DNA of 64,000 nt, from the NCBI GenBank assembly GCA_963823665.1, contig CAWGMQ010000008.1:608001-672000 (forward strand). The letters are read 5' to 3'. This document shows positions 10,101-18,562 of the stretch, piece after piece. This DNA is from an uncultured Planctomycetota bacterium. Lineage in GTDB: Bacteria; Planctomycetota; Planctomycetia; Isosphaerales; Isosphaeraceae. Numbering within the stretch: the stretch's first letter is position 1; each line of letters starts with the position of its first letter. The position numbers and the translations under genes are program-made. The notes beneath the pieces were generated by a model. That model saw only the letters and a list, made by a program, of their open reading frames with translations. It was not told the DNA's origin and did no database searches.

Positions 10101-10206
10101 CAATGGCGTGCAGGCTATGTGCATTCGCACGTTCGGCGAAATCCTCCTGACACTGGGCGATGCGGGACGTGCGGCAATTGAGGAATGGCAGGCGCGCCGT
10201 ACTTGA
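7111..10206 (+). CDS. Restriction endonuclease (Mrr-like PD-(D/E)XK)-NACHT NTPase fusion
   Basis: N-terminal GDLF...EIDI...VAECK nuclease motif; Walker A AKPGGGKS; Walker B LLLVDGLDE; VTSR, NPLML, HLTFQEYLAA; helical C-terminus. Confidence 0.88.
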   Translation: MDVPVSLRLLASTNNARGDLFTRLVKDLFFALGYDDLRLDVHKSGREIDIQGTHRLELRRLVAECKAHTDKIGGEDLNKFFGVVSLERDKDERIPITAYFVSLSGFRETGKQQELETSEQKRIILLDGKQMIDEMVNGRILISREKAVEKAGGCRAHARLEDVDVDETELLGHELGYLWAVYYSHGKQRAHFALIHADGTPLTESLAREVIKADRKCRGSLYKLMYLAPPAPAADREALAKASIELYRRWLVAECGEIQLLGLPADSDLATKRMKLERLFVPLKVVAAAQTEGTGEREFTSPPEKITPIGAFLGLHPRFSLLAKPGGGKSTVLKRLAVAYAVAERRADTDDGLPDRDWLPLFLRCRELRDRAHRPIRELLDDLPKHAGMNDAVASFFRAHMDEALRTGRALLLVDGLDEILDEGARTTFAGHVRTFLAMFPQVATVVTSREAGYRHVAGVVASACEQVSLAPFDHADVQRLCESWHVEVAGDNDRVRAEAEALAATIWNNERIRSLAENPLMLTTLLVVRRCSGGELPTRRVELYREAVRVLIRTWNTEGFEPMDLEETLAQLSYVACVMMSEGLQQVGHRRLLKLLRDARKELQAELQFTRVSAENFVERIEYRSSLLMQTGHERIDGEIQPVYEFRHLTFQEYLAARGLVEEQYPGRDDGRGLREILEPHFPDLSWHEIVALACVMAGRRAVSVLERLTELCEFGKAVQGAGPPGDEEHRRLARLLRQCLLDEIQVPPPALVSALRETVRHTADGEGLILLRHGKFGGLLQDVVEKTYLEANRRWEDYYRAMLVLAGDAVFGNRAIELSSEVACTLDRWLASGNRREQAHALLVSARLAISAWGKREKINSEFVERMKSLRNAAGQILNPEDPVLALTAAWTLMWTGAVRVPSMPPAPRVIQTLFKLWREAASPELRSIAGSALSCQPVLPRDTIATEFWATENEEPAEPSPSFEHPATLITAWYRRGPWSDSVLAEKIRQAGYFNGVQAMCIRTFGEILLTLGDAGRAAIEEWQARRT

Positions 10207-10616
10207 GCAGTAGCAAACGGGAAGATAGCCAAACATGACCGTCACACCCAGTCCTGCCGACAGGGCCTGAGCTGAACCCGTCCCGCATCGCTGAGAGTTC
10301 AGTGGACGGACTTGATCGTTGTGTGACGTCCGATACGGGCAGCCCAGGGAACTGCTCGCCTCGAGTGCCTCGGCTGGAAGTTCTGTTCAACGCTGTTTGG
10401 ATAGCGGTTACAGGCAACTTAAGCAATAGTATATAATATGTTTCTTTTTAACTAATGATCGGACACCGTATTGGTGCCGCCATCGCCGCACCACTGAACT
10501 TCGATCTCACGCCCATCGTCGCTCCTTCGCGCCTTCTGTTTGCGACGTTGCATGACCTCATCTTCAGGTTTCAACTGAATCGCTGAGGATGCAAAAGCTC
10601 CCACCTTCGCATGAGC

Positions 10617-12314
10617 TCATCTTCGCACGATACCTCGTCGTTCCGCGCCAACCATCTTCTCCGACTCACCGGGCGAGATTGTAGCCCCGCTCAGCCGCGC
10701 GGAGCGACCGGCCCACGCAAACTGGTGCGACCCCACTGCCACCCCTGCGCCGGCCTCCTCAATCAAATCACACCCCCCGCGACCCCGGACCATCACCCAG
10801 CACATCAACCCACATCCACCCAAGAACCACCCTGCTGTTCCCAGCCCCAGGAGGCCGAGACCGCCGAACTGCGGCATTGCCAGGTAGTAGGACCACGAAA
10901 GCACCACGGGAGCCAACGCCGCAATCCTTGCTGCACGCGGCATTCCGCTTCTCGATAGCCAGATCGGGACGCAGAGCAGGGCAGGGAGCTGGACCATGAA
11001 GTAGTGGCCCCAGGCCAGCGGGGAGACCAGCAGCGTGGCGCAGGACGCCAGGGCGAAGGCTGAGAACGCATCGAGAGCGTGACCACGCCGGCCCACCATC
11101 GCGGCCAGGGCCAAGAGCGAAATCAGAATAAATCCGATCGCGACGCGTACGGCTGGATTCGCGATCCGCTCCGGCTGGTCGGGGGTGAAGGCTTCGGCGT
11201 TCCCGGACGACCCGCGAGTACCAAGGGCTGACGCACCCTGGTCAATCGCTCCAGGGGCTGACGCACCCTGGCTACGTGCTGTCGCCCCCTCCGGGGGCTG
11301 AAAACGTACGGGCGCGGGGCTGCCGAATCGGTAAGACTTGCTCCAGAGATAGACGCCGTTGGCCAGGCTCTGGTTGCGGTAGCTATGAACGTTGAAACTC
11401 GCCTCGGGACCGACACGCTCGTTGGTCACGACCTTCGTTTGCCACACATCCAGATAGTGGATGTTCTTGTGCCAGCCGATGATTGAAGCTGGGATCAGTA
11501 GCAGGAAGAGAATCGCGCCGGCGGAGACACCGGCGGTCGAGGCGATTGCGCTTGACCAGGGGCGCTCGCGGCGGCCGGGGAAGAGGACGGATAGCCATTG
11601 CTGACCTAGCAGGAACACCACGGGCAAGGCCGGCACGAGCTTCACGCTCGCTGGCAGGGCTAGCGTCAGACCACCCAGGAACCAGATCGCCTGCCTTCGA
11701 CTTTGAAGCACCAGCCGCGAGCCTAGCATCAGAAAATAGAGGATCGCGATCCCTAACTGGCCGGCTTGCATGCAGTCGAGGAAGGGCAGAATCACCGCGA
11801 GGACCGCGCAGACTGCGATCCGGCGGAACTCGCGTTTCTGGGGGCCGCCGATCAACTGCCAGAGACGCCGGCTCTCGGCGATGCATCCGAACGTGAACGC
11901 GACGTTCACGGCGTACCAGAAGAGAACCTGGGATTCAGTGTCCAAGAGCGACAGGGGCGCGACCAGAATGGCAAAGAGAGGCGGATAGAGATAATGCCAG
12001 CCGCGAGGGTTGGTCACGGCGTAGGGATTGCGCCCGTCGAAGAAAGCCGCTCCGGCCTCCGTGAAGACCGTGAAGTCCGTCCTGTGGGCTTCGGTGTGGC
12101 CCGGGGGTATCCGGCCGGTTGGGCCGATGAATGCGTAGCCCCAGACGGTGAAGGCGGAAATCAAAATAGTGGAGAGCACCCAGGGACGGGCCTGGGAAAG
12201 CGAGCGCAGGCCGAGGCCGTCGAATTTGCAGACGGATTTGGCCGGGACTGCGCCAGCAGGCTGGTCTCGCCTGATCGTGCGCGCGCCGCGCGCTGATTCG
12301 TCGTCCATTGACAC
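10617..12314 (-). CDS. Glycosyltransferase family 87 (DUF2029) membrane protein
   Basis: TDFTVF...NPY...YLYPPLFAIL...AGQL...VKL...NQSL...SPLAWGHY; many TM helices. Confidence 0.85.
   Translation of the reverse strand: MSMDDESARGARTIRRDQPAGAVPAKSVCKFDGLGLRSLSQARPWVLSTILISAFTVWGYAFIGPTGRIPPGHTEAHRTDFTVFTEAGAAFFDGRNPYAVTNPRGWHYLYPPLFAILVAPLSLLDTESQVLFWYAVNVAFTFGCIAESRRLWQLIGGPQKREFRRIAVCAVLAVILPFLDCMQAGQLGIAILYFLMLGSRLVLQSRRQAIWFLGGLTLALPASVKLVPALPVVFLLGQQWLSVLFPGRRERPWSSAIASTAGVSAGAILFLLLIPASIIGWHKNIHYLDVWQTKVVTNERVGPEASFNVHSYRNQSLANGVYLWSKSYRFGSPAPVRFQPPEGATARSQGASAPGAIDQGASALGTRGSSGNAEAFTPDQPERIANPAVRVAIGFILISLLALAAMVGRRGHALDAFSAFALASCATLLVSPLAWGHYFMVQLPALLCVPIWLSRSGMPRAARIAALAPVVLSWSYYLAMPQFGGLGLLGLGTAGWFLGGCGLMCWVMVRGRGGCDLIEEAGAGVAVGSHQFAWAGRSARLSGATISPGESEKMVGAERRGIVRR
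11225..11311. repeat. REP-like palindromic element read in-frame within the GT87 gene
   Basis: GGGCTGACGCACCCTGG twice (11225, 11255) followed by CTACGTGCTGTCGCCCCCTCCGGGGGCTGAAAACGTACGG; near-identical copy at 21813-21877. Confidence 0.8.
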
Positions 12315-12448
12315 CCCCCCGCCCGGGACAAACCGGGGACTTCCTCCGCACTCTTTGTCGGTTCAGCGAACGGGGAAATCACCCGCTGGATCGCAATTCG
12401 CGTGGCGGTGGTGTGGGTTTTGAGGGTGTGATGGATTGCGCGGGACAG

Positions 12449-12746
12449 CGGTCGCGCGGGGGGCGGCGACCCTTCGGGTGCCCGGAGACCCGCGCCCAAC
12501 ACGCGCGGGGCACCTGGGGAGGCGTTGCCCGGCCGGGCGCTTTGGGTGGGGGGAAGACCTTCGGTCGCGCGGAGGGCGGGGTCTGGAGACCCGCGCCCAA
12601 CGTGCGCGATCACGCGGAGGGTAGGGTCTGGACACCCGCGCCCAACTCGCGCGGGGCACCCGGGGTGGCGTTTCTGAGCCTAGCGCCTGGGTGGGGGGAA
12701 GACCTTTGGTCGCGCGGAGGGCGGGGTCTGGAGACCCGCGCCCAAC
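12449..12746. repeat. Cluster of four REP-like repeats (core GGAGACCCGCGCCCAAC)
   Basis: GGTCGCGCGGAGGGCGGGGTCTGGAGACCCGCGCCCAAC-type units near 12450, 12560, 12610 and 12705 with irregular spacing; degenerate inverted copy at ~38931-38980. Confidence 0.88.
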
Positions 12747-12824
12747 GTGCGCCTGCTACGACGGAAGACTGGCAGAGCCAGGGCAACCCTGCGCGCGGCA
12801 TTGAAGAACAGGGAGCGAAGCGGG

Positions 12825-14111
12825 ATGATGGAGCGCGCGATCGAGAGCGCCTGGCAAGGAAGCACCCAACAGGAGAGCACCGCCGTGATCAAGCAGCCGG
12901 GCTCGTGGTGGCGTTCCTGGGGATTCTGGGTCAAGCTGTGCGCGGGCTTCGCGATCGTCATGCTCGCGATTGCCGCTGGCGCGGTGACGTGGCTGCGATC
13001 GAGTGCCGCCGGGCAACGGGATGCCGTCGCCGCGATCAAAAAGGCCCGCGGGACCGTGACGTACGACTGGGAGGAACCCGACGCGATTCGATCGTCCGGG
13101 GCTTTCACGCTACCCGGGTTTCCGGAATGGTTGATCTACCTGGGTTGGTCCAACGGTCCGGTACAATCAGAAGAGGCCGGGCCGGATGCTCCGGCCTGGT
13201 TGGTGTCGTTGCTGGGCGTGGATTGCTTCGGGAATGTCACGTCGGTCTCGCTGCCGGGACGAACGATGGGGGATTCCCTCGAACCGATCGGCAAACTCAA
13301 ACGGCTCAAGTCGCTGCGTCTCAATAATATGGTGCTCAACTATCAAAGTCTGCAATTCCTGGAAAACCTCGGCGAGCTTGAAGATTTGACGCTCGTGCGG
13401 TCGCGGCTGGGAAGAGGAGCCCGTTTGCATCTGGCGCACCTCAAGAAACTGCAATCCTTGAACCTGATGGGGACCAACGTCGATAACGCCGCGATGGCAA
13501 GCATCGCGGGCCTCACCGAGCTCACCAACGTCAACTTGAGCGGCACCAAGATCGATAGTGCAGGCCTGGCCTCGCTGAAGGCATTGAGCAAACTGGAGGA
13601 TCTGAATCTGGACCGCACGGCAATCGGCGATCAGGGTCTATCGGTGCTCGCCGGGCTTCCAGCGCTTACTCACTTATCCATGTACGGAACGCGGATTACC
13701 GGACAGGGCCTCGTTCATCTTAATGGCTTGAAACGGCTCGAGTCGCTGCGTCTCGAAGGCACCGATCTTCGCGACTTCGGCCTGGCACAGCTTGCGAACG
13801 TGACCAGCTTGAAAGTGCTCGGGCTGAAAGGCACGGGCGTGGGGGATGCCGGCATCAAGTGCTTAACGGGATTGAAGAATCTCGAGGAGCTGACGCTGGA
13901 CCGCACGGGCGTGACCGATGCCGGACTGGCCGATCTGGCGGCTTTACCACATCTGGTCATCGTCTCGGTGCAGCACACACGAGTTACCGAGGCCGGGATC
14001 GCTGCGATCCAGGCCCAGCGGGCGGCGCTCCAGTCACAGCAGCTTGCGGCGACGACGAGCGGCGTTTCAGCGGCGCGTTCGGATATCACCAACCTGGAAA
14101 TCGTGCACTGA
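12825..14111 (+). CDS. Membrane-anchored leucine-rich repeat protein
   Basis: One TM helix, QRDAVAAI motif, then ~24-aa LxxLxxLxLxxTxIxDxGL repeats. Confidence 0.9.
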   Translation: MMERAIESAWQGSTQQESTAVIKQPGSWWRSWGFWVKLCAGFAIVMLAIAAGAVTWLRSSAAGQRDAVAAIKKARGTVTYDWEEPDAIRSSGAFTLPGFPEWLIYLGWSNGPVQSEEAGPDAPAWLVSLLGVDCFGNVTSVSLPGRTMGDSLEPIGKLKRLKSLRLNNMVLNYQSLQFLENLGELEDLTLVRSRLGRGARLHLAHLKKLQSLNLMGTNVDNAAMASIAGLTELTNVNLSGTKIDSAGLASLKALSKLEDLNLDRTAIGDQGLSVLAGLPALTHLSMYGTRITGQGLVHLNGLKRLESLRLEGTDLRDFGLAQLANVTSLKVLGLKGTGVGDAGIKCLTGLKNLEELTLDRTGVTDAGLADLAALPHLVIVSVQHTRVTEAGIAAIQAQRAALQSQQLAATTSGVSAARSDITNLEIVH

Positions 14112-14119
14112 AGCGCGCC

Positions 14120-14686
14120 ATGAACGACGCAGCCAAGCTGCTGGAATCGATCAAGAGCGGAGATACGCACGCGGCGGCCAAATTGCTGCCGCTGCTGTAT
14201 GACGAGCTGCGAAAGCTTGCTCGGCAGAAGCTCGCCCGTGAATCGCCGGGGCAGACTCTGGATGCCACGGCGCTGGTGCACGAAGCCTATCTACGGATGA
14301 TTGGTTCTGGAGACGATCGCCCGTTTGCAGGCGAGGGACACTTCTTTGCCGTTGCGGCCGAAGCGATGCGGCACGTCCTGGTTGATCGGGCCCGGCGCAA
14401 GCGGCGGGAAAAGCATGGCGGCGGACGCCGGCGCGTCGACCTGCACGATGACCAGCCCGCGCCCCCGGATCGAGCCGACGATCTGCTGGCGCTTGACGAG
14501 GCCCTCGACCGGCTGGCGGTTGAAGACCCGGAGGCCGCTCGTCTGGTTCAGATACGGTATTTTGCTGGCCTCTCCGTTGAGGACGCTGGCGCGAGTTTGG
14601 GGATCTCTCGGGCGACGGCTTACCGGCAGTGGGCGTTTGCCAGGGCGTGGCTGCTTGAGGAGCTCGGTGGGGGGGAGGCGGTGTGA
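14120..14686 (+). CDS. Planctomycete-type ECF sigma factor
   Basis: LLPLLYDELRKLARQKLARESPGQTLDATALVHEAYLR...RYFAGLS...WAFARAWL. Confidence 0.92.
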   Translation: MNDAAKLLESIKSGDTHAAAKLLPLLYDELRKLARQKLARESPGQTLDATALVHEAYLRMIGSGDDRPFAGEGHFFAVAAEAMRHVLVDRARRKRREKHGGGRRRVDLHDDQPAPPDRADDLLALDEALDRLAVEDPEAARLVQIRYFAGLSVEDAGASLGISRATAYRQWAFARAWLLEELGGGEAV

Positions 14687-14847
14687 TGCGTCGCCACGCA
14701 CACAACCGTTCATCTCGATGACGCATGGCAATGCAGCGGTCGCATCCCGTAGGATCGGAGCGAGGAAAGCCGGTACGAGCGCAAGACCCGCGCCGACGCC
14801 GAACAATTGATCCCAGCAATCATGGACGTCAATCACGGAGTATCTAG

Positions 14848-15243
14848 ATGGGTCAGACAACACTGGTAAATCCTCGGTTGGAAGACGTCCCTCGTCTGAT
14901 CAATCAGCTTCGATCTGCCGATTTCGACGTAAAGGCAGCGTTCTGGCTCTACACGAGCGAGTCCGGTCAGTGGTTTCTCTACATCATTTCAGATGTCGTC
15001 GACAAGGACGGAGGCATTGTCGCATACGGGCGCGTGTATGGAGTGATGCGGCAGTTCACAGATCTCCGGATCAATCCCTTCGAGGTGAAACTGATCGGGC
15101 TCGAGAATCCTCTCGCGAAGGCGGTCATCGACAATCTTGCCCACCAGCGTGCTCCCCTGCCGACGTGGATCGAAGGCATGAGGCTGGGGGATATCTATAT
15201 CGAAAGCGCCTATATTTATAGTGGCGCTAGCACCGCGGCCTGA
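14848..15243 (+). CDS. Conserved hypothetical protein
   Basis: Protein-like 131-aa ORF (AAFWLYTSESGQWFLYIISDVVD...AYIY); function not recognised with certainty. Confidence 0.7.
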   Translation: MGQTTLVNPRLEDVPRLINQLRSADFDVKAAFWLYTSESGQWFLYIISDVVDKDGGIVAYGRVYGVMRQFTDLRINPFEVKLIGLENPLAKAVIDNLAHQRAPLPTWIEGMRLGDIYIESAYIYSGASTAA

Positions 15244-15329
15244 TGTCAATGCGACATTGTGTCACTTCAATCCGCGGTCTCCAGTGGGTATTGACCGGGT
15301 CCCGGTCGGGGCCATGGACGGTGACGCAC

Positions 15330-15800
15330 TTTCGCTGAGCGAAAGGCGACTCTCGTTTCGTCGTTGGCCCCGGTCCTGCGGTCGCGGTGAATCGCCAGAC
15401 GATTGGGGAACTCGAGCGGCGTTCGGCGCGAATCTTACGCAATCGGACCCCGGTTTATTCGTGCGGAGCGGTGCGGCCCGCACAACTGGTCCCCGGCTGA
15501 TGAATGCTGCCGAGTTTTCACCGATTTTGCGCAAATAGAATGACCGGTTTGTAGATCATTTCAGAAAAGGCACTGAGTGCGCCGGCGGGTCGGCGCGAAC
15601 CGCTGAGATCGTTCAATGCCGACAAACCAGAAACTCGAGGACGACGCGATGTCTGGTTCAAAGCTTTACGCGCGCAATGGCGGGCTAAAGGCCTGCCTGG
15701 CGCAGGCGCAGCGCCCCGAATCCCTTCGCGGAGCGAACGGCGACAATGTTGGAGGCGCTGCTCGTGGTGCGCGGCGAATCCGTTCGCGGAGCGAGGGCGC
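15330..15800. repeat. Three dispersed copies of a TTCGCGGAGCGAA(AGGCGAC) REP-like palindrome
   Basis: CTTTCGCTGAGCGAAAGGCGAC (~15330), CCTTCGCGGAGCGAACGGCGAC (~15722), GTTCGCGGAGCGAGGGCG (~15782). Confidence 0.7.
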
Positions 15801-16283
15801 GTTTCAGCACACAGTCGTTTATCCAAGTCTATTCGTTACGAGAACGGAGCATGATCCCAACTTCGTCAAGCGAGTTTCAAACACGCGCTGGACGTCGGCG
15901 CCCGACGCTTCTCAGATCGGTCAATTTACACTGGTGTACAAATGCTGAAAGGGGTCTGGAATATTGCCAGATATTGCCATTTTTCGAGATGCGCGGCGGT
16001 CATCCAACGCGGGGATTGACGAGCCGCAAGCCCAAGCAGCACTGGTACATTCGAGCTATTAGTCGGGTCTTCGGGCGATCGAAAACCACGCGTGGCAATG
16101 GTCACTCGAAATTGCCATCACTCGAGTCTGTTGATGTTCACTATGTTTAGCGGGAGTCACTTGCCGGGATTTTGGTGGCTCTTCTGGCCGCTTGTGGCGG
16201 CCCCGGGCGCTTATCCGCGGTGGGGGACAATCAATGAGTATCGCGCCGGGGTTGCCCGGGGCGTGGAAAGGTGGAGGTGGATC

Positions 16284-16700
16284 GTGGCAGACCAAGAACC
16301 GCAGTTCGACAAGAACGAGAAAAAATTGGATCTTGCCCGGGCGGTCGCTCGGGGTCAGTCGATCGTTGTCTGGGCGCGGAAGAACGACGTGCCCGTGCGG
16401 ACGGCGTACAACTGGGCGAGCGAGCCCGAGGTTCGCAAATCGTCCGAGATGTGGCGGCGGGCCGCCCTCAATCAGGCGATTGGGCGGATGGCAAGGAGTG
16501 CCACCGCGGCGGCGGGTGGGATTGAACGGCTGGCGAGAGGGGCCGATTCCGAGTCGGTGCGGCTTTCGGCCTGGCGGGCCATTCTGGCCGACCAGATGTC
16601 GGTCGCCAAGTTCTCGACGCTCGAACAGCGAATGACGGAACTGGAGGAGCAGCAGGAGAAGCGGCAGCAACAGTTCGGGCCTCAATTTGGAGGAAAGTAA
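16284..16700 (+). CDS. Small HTH + helical coiled-coil hypothetical protein
   Basis: GGAGG RBS before GTG; LARAVARGQSIVVWARKNDVPVRTAYNW is HTH-like; C-terminal LEQRMTELEEQ. Confidence 0.7.
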   Translation: MADQEPQFDKNEKKLDLARAVARGQSIVVWARKNDVPVRTAYNWASEPEVRKSSEMWRRAALNQAIGRMARSATAAAGGIERLARGADSESVRLSAWRAILADQMSVAKFSTLEQRMTELEEQQEKRQQQFGPQFGGK

Positions 16701-16968
16701 TCGGTGTCACATCGCGGTGCGCCGGGCCAGGTCTTGCCCGTTCCGGGTGTCGCTCTTGAGTCGTGCGCTCAGGGCGGCGCTCGGGGCGGATGGAGATTTT
16801 TTTCGCAGGAGTGAGACAGGCATGGCCGGAACGGCGCTTGGGTTTTTAGTTGCGTCGAGACGCGGCGTTTTAACAAACACGCTCTGCGGGCAGCCCGCCG
16901 CACTCGCGGGTGCCCCGGCGGAGCCCCCAAGTCGAACAACATGCGCACTCCCAGAACGAAGGTGGCCC

Positions 16969-18487
16969 ATGCGACCGGAATTCAAGCAGGTTAAGGCCGT
17001 TTTTCTTGCGGCGGTCGAGAAATCCGATCTTGACGAGCGGGAATCCTATCTCCGAGAAGCGTGTGGGGGCGACGACGCAATGCGCCGTCAAGTCGAGAAC
17101 TTATTGCGCCGGCACGAAGATGCCGGCAGTTTCCTCGAGCGACCTCCACTGGACGAAGATCTTGCGCTTGCCGACGGGGGGCCGGCCGGAAGCCGGACGG
17201 AATACATCGGTACGAAGATCGGACCGTACAAGCTGATTCAGCAACTCGGTGAAGGCGGGATGGGCACGGTCTGGGTGGCGGAGCAGACAGAGCCGGTCAA
17301 ACGCCGGGTCGCGCTCAAGGTCATCAAACCCGGGCACGACTCGGCCCAGGTGGCGCGGCGATTCGAGGCCGAGCGACAGGCGATGGCGCTCATGGACCAC
17401 AGCCATATCGCCAAGGTGCTTGATGCCGGAGCCACCCCGGCGGGGCGCCCCTATTTCGTGATGGAGCTGGTCAAAGGCGTGCCGATCACGCGGTACTGCG
17501 ACGAGTTGAACCTGCCGGTTCGCGAGCGGCTGGAACTGTTCGTTCCGGTGTGCCAGGCGATTCAACATGCGCATGGGCAGGGGATTGTCCATCGGGACAT
17601 CAAACCCTCGAACGTGCTGGTGTGCATGGAAGACGGTAAAGCCATTCCCAAGATCATCGACTTCGGCGTCGCGAAGGCGCTTCAAACGCGGCTGACGAGC
17701 GAGTCGTTGCACACCGAGATTGGACAGTTGATCGGCACGCTCGAATACATGGCGCCAGAGCAGGCGGAGCTCGAGTGCGCTCGACATCGACGCGCGTGCC
17801 GACGTTTATGCTCTGGGGGTGTTGCTCTACGAGCTTTTGACCGGAACGACGCCGCTGGAGAAGAGCCGGCTGCGGAGCGCGGCGTTTGCGGAGTTGATTC
17901 GCATGATAAAGGAAGAAGAGCCGCCCAGGCCGAGCACGCGGTTGACGCAGTCGCACAATTCTCTGGCGGGCGTGGCGGTGCAGCGGCGGAGCGAGCCGGC
18001 GCGGCTGGCCAGGGACGTGCGCGGCGAGCTGGACTGGATCGTGATGCGGTGCCTGGAGAAGGACCGCACGCGGCGCTATTCGAGCGCCAGCGGGCTGGCT
18101 AAAGACATCGAGCGGCACCTGCGCGACGAGGCCGTCGAGGCATGCCCGCCGAGGGCTTCGTACAGGATGGGCAAATTTTTGCGGCGGAATCGGCACACGG
18201 TTGTTGTGGCAGGCGCGACCCTAGGCATTGTGCTAGCCGTCCTGATGAGCGTCACGTGGGCGTGGATCCAGGCCGCGCGCGAGCGAACGAAGGCGCAGTT
18301 GGCCGAGGTTGCCGCACGAATGGCGCAAGCCGAGCAGATGCGGGCCGAAGCGGCTGCGAAGGCGACCAGCAGATTTTTGCAGGAAGGGATGATTACCGGC
18401 GCCGAAGCGGACGAACAGGTGGGACCGACGAAAAAAATGCCCCGAGACGGAGCCAGGACCAAGCCGGAACGCACGAATAAGCCGTGA
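16969..18487 (+). CDS. Hanks-type Ser/Thr protein kinase (apparent frameshift ~17775)
   Basis: LGEGGMG, VALK, HRDIKPSN, DFG, YMAPE; continues in another frame as DARADVYALGVLLYELLTG; TM helix near the C-terminus. Confidence 0.9.
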
Positions 18488-18562
18488 GAACCCTCTGAAA
18501 CATGTGCGCCTCAAAACTGGTATTCTATTGGTAGGACCAGTCGTGACGAACGGAGGGTGCGC

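Noticed and set aside
6652..10541. Bona fide integron
   Set aside because: No IntI in the window, and the element ends (TTTGAAC/GTTCAAA) only partly fit RYYYAAC/GTTRRRY, so it is kept only as 'attC-like'.
12449..12746. CRISPR array
   Set aside because: Irregular spacing, degenerate units, spacers similar to each other, and no cas genes.
12308..13327. 339-aa ORF and other long overlapping or antisense ORFs (e.g. 3262-4530, 18233-19477, 22415-23752)
   Set aside because: Shadow ORFs typical of high-GC DNA, overlapping well-supported genes or REP clusters.
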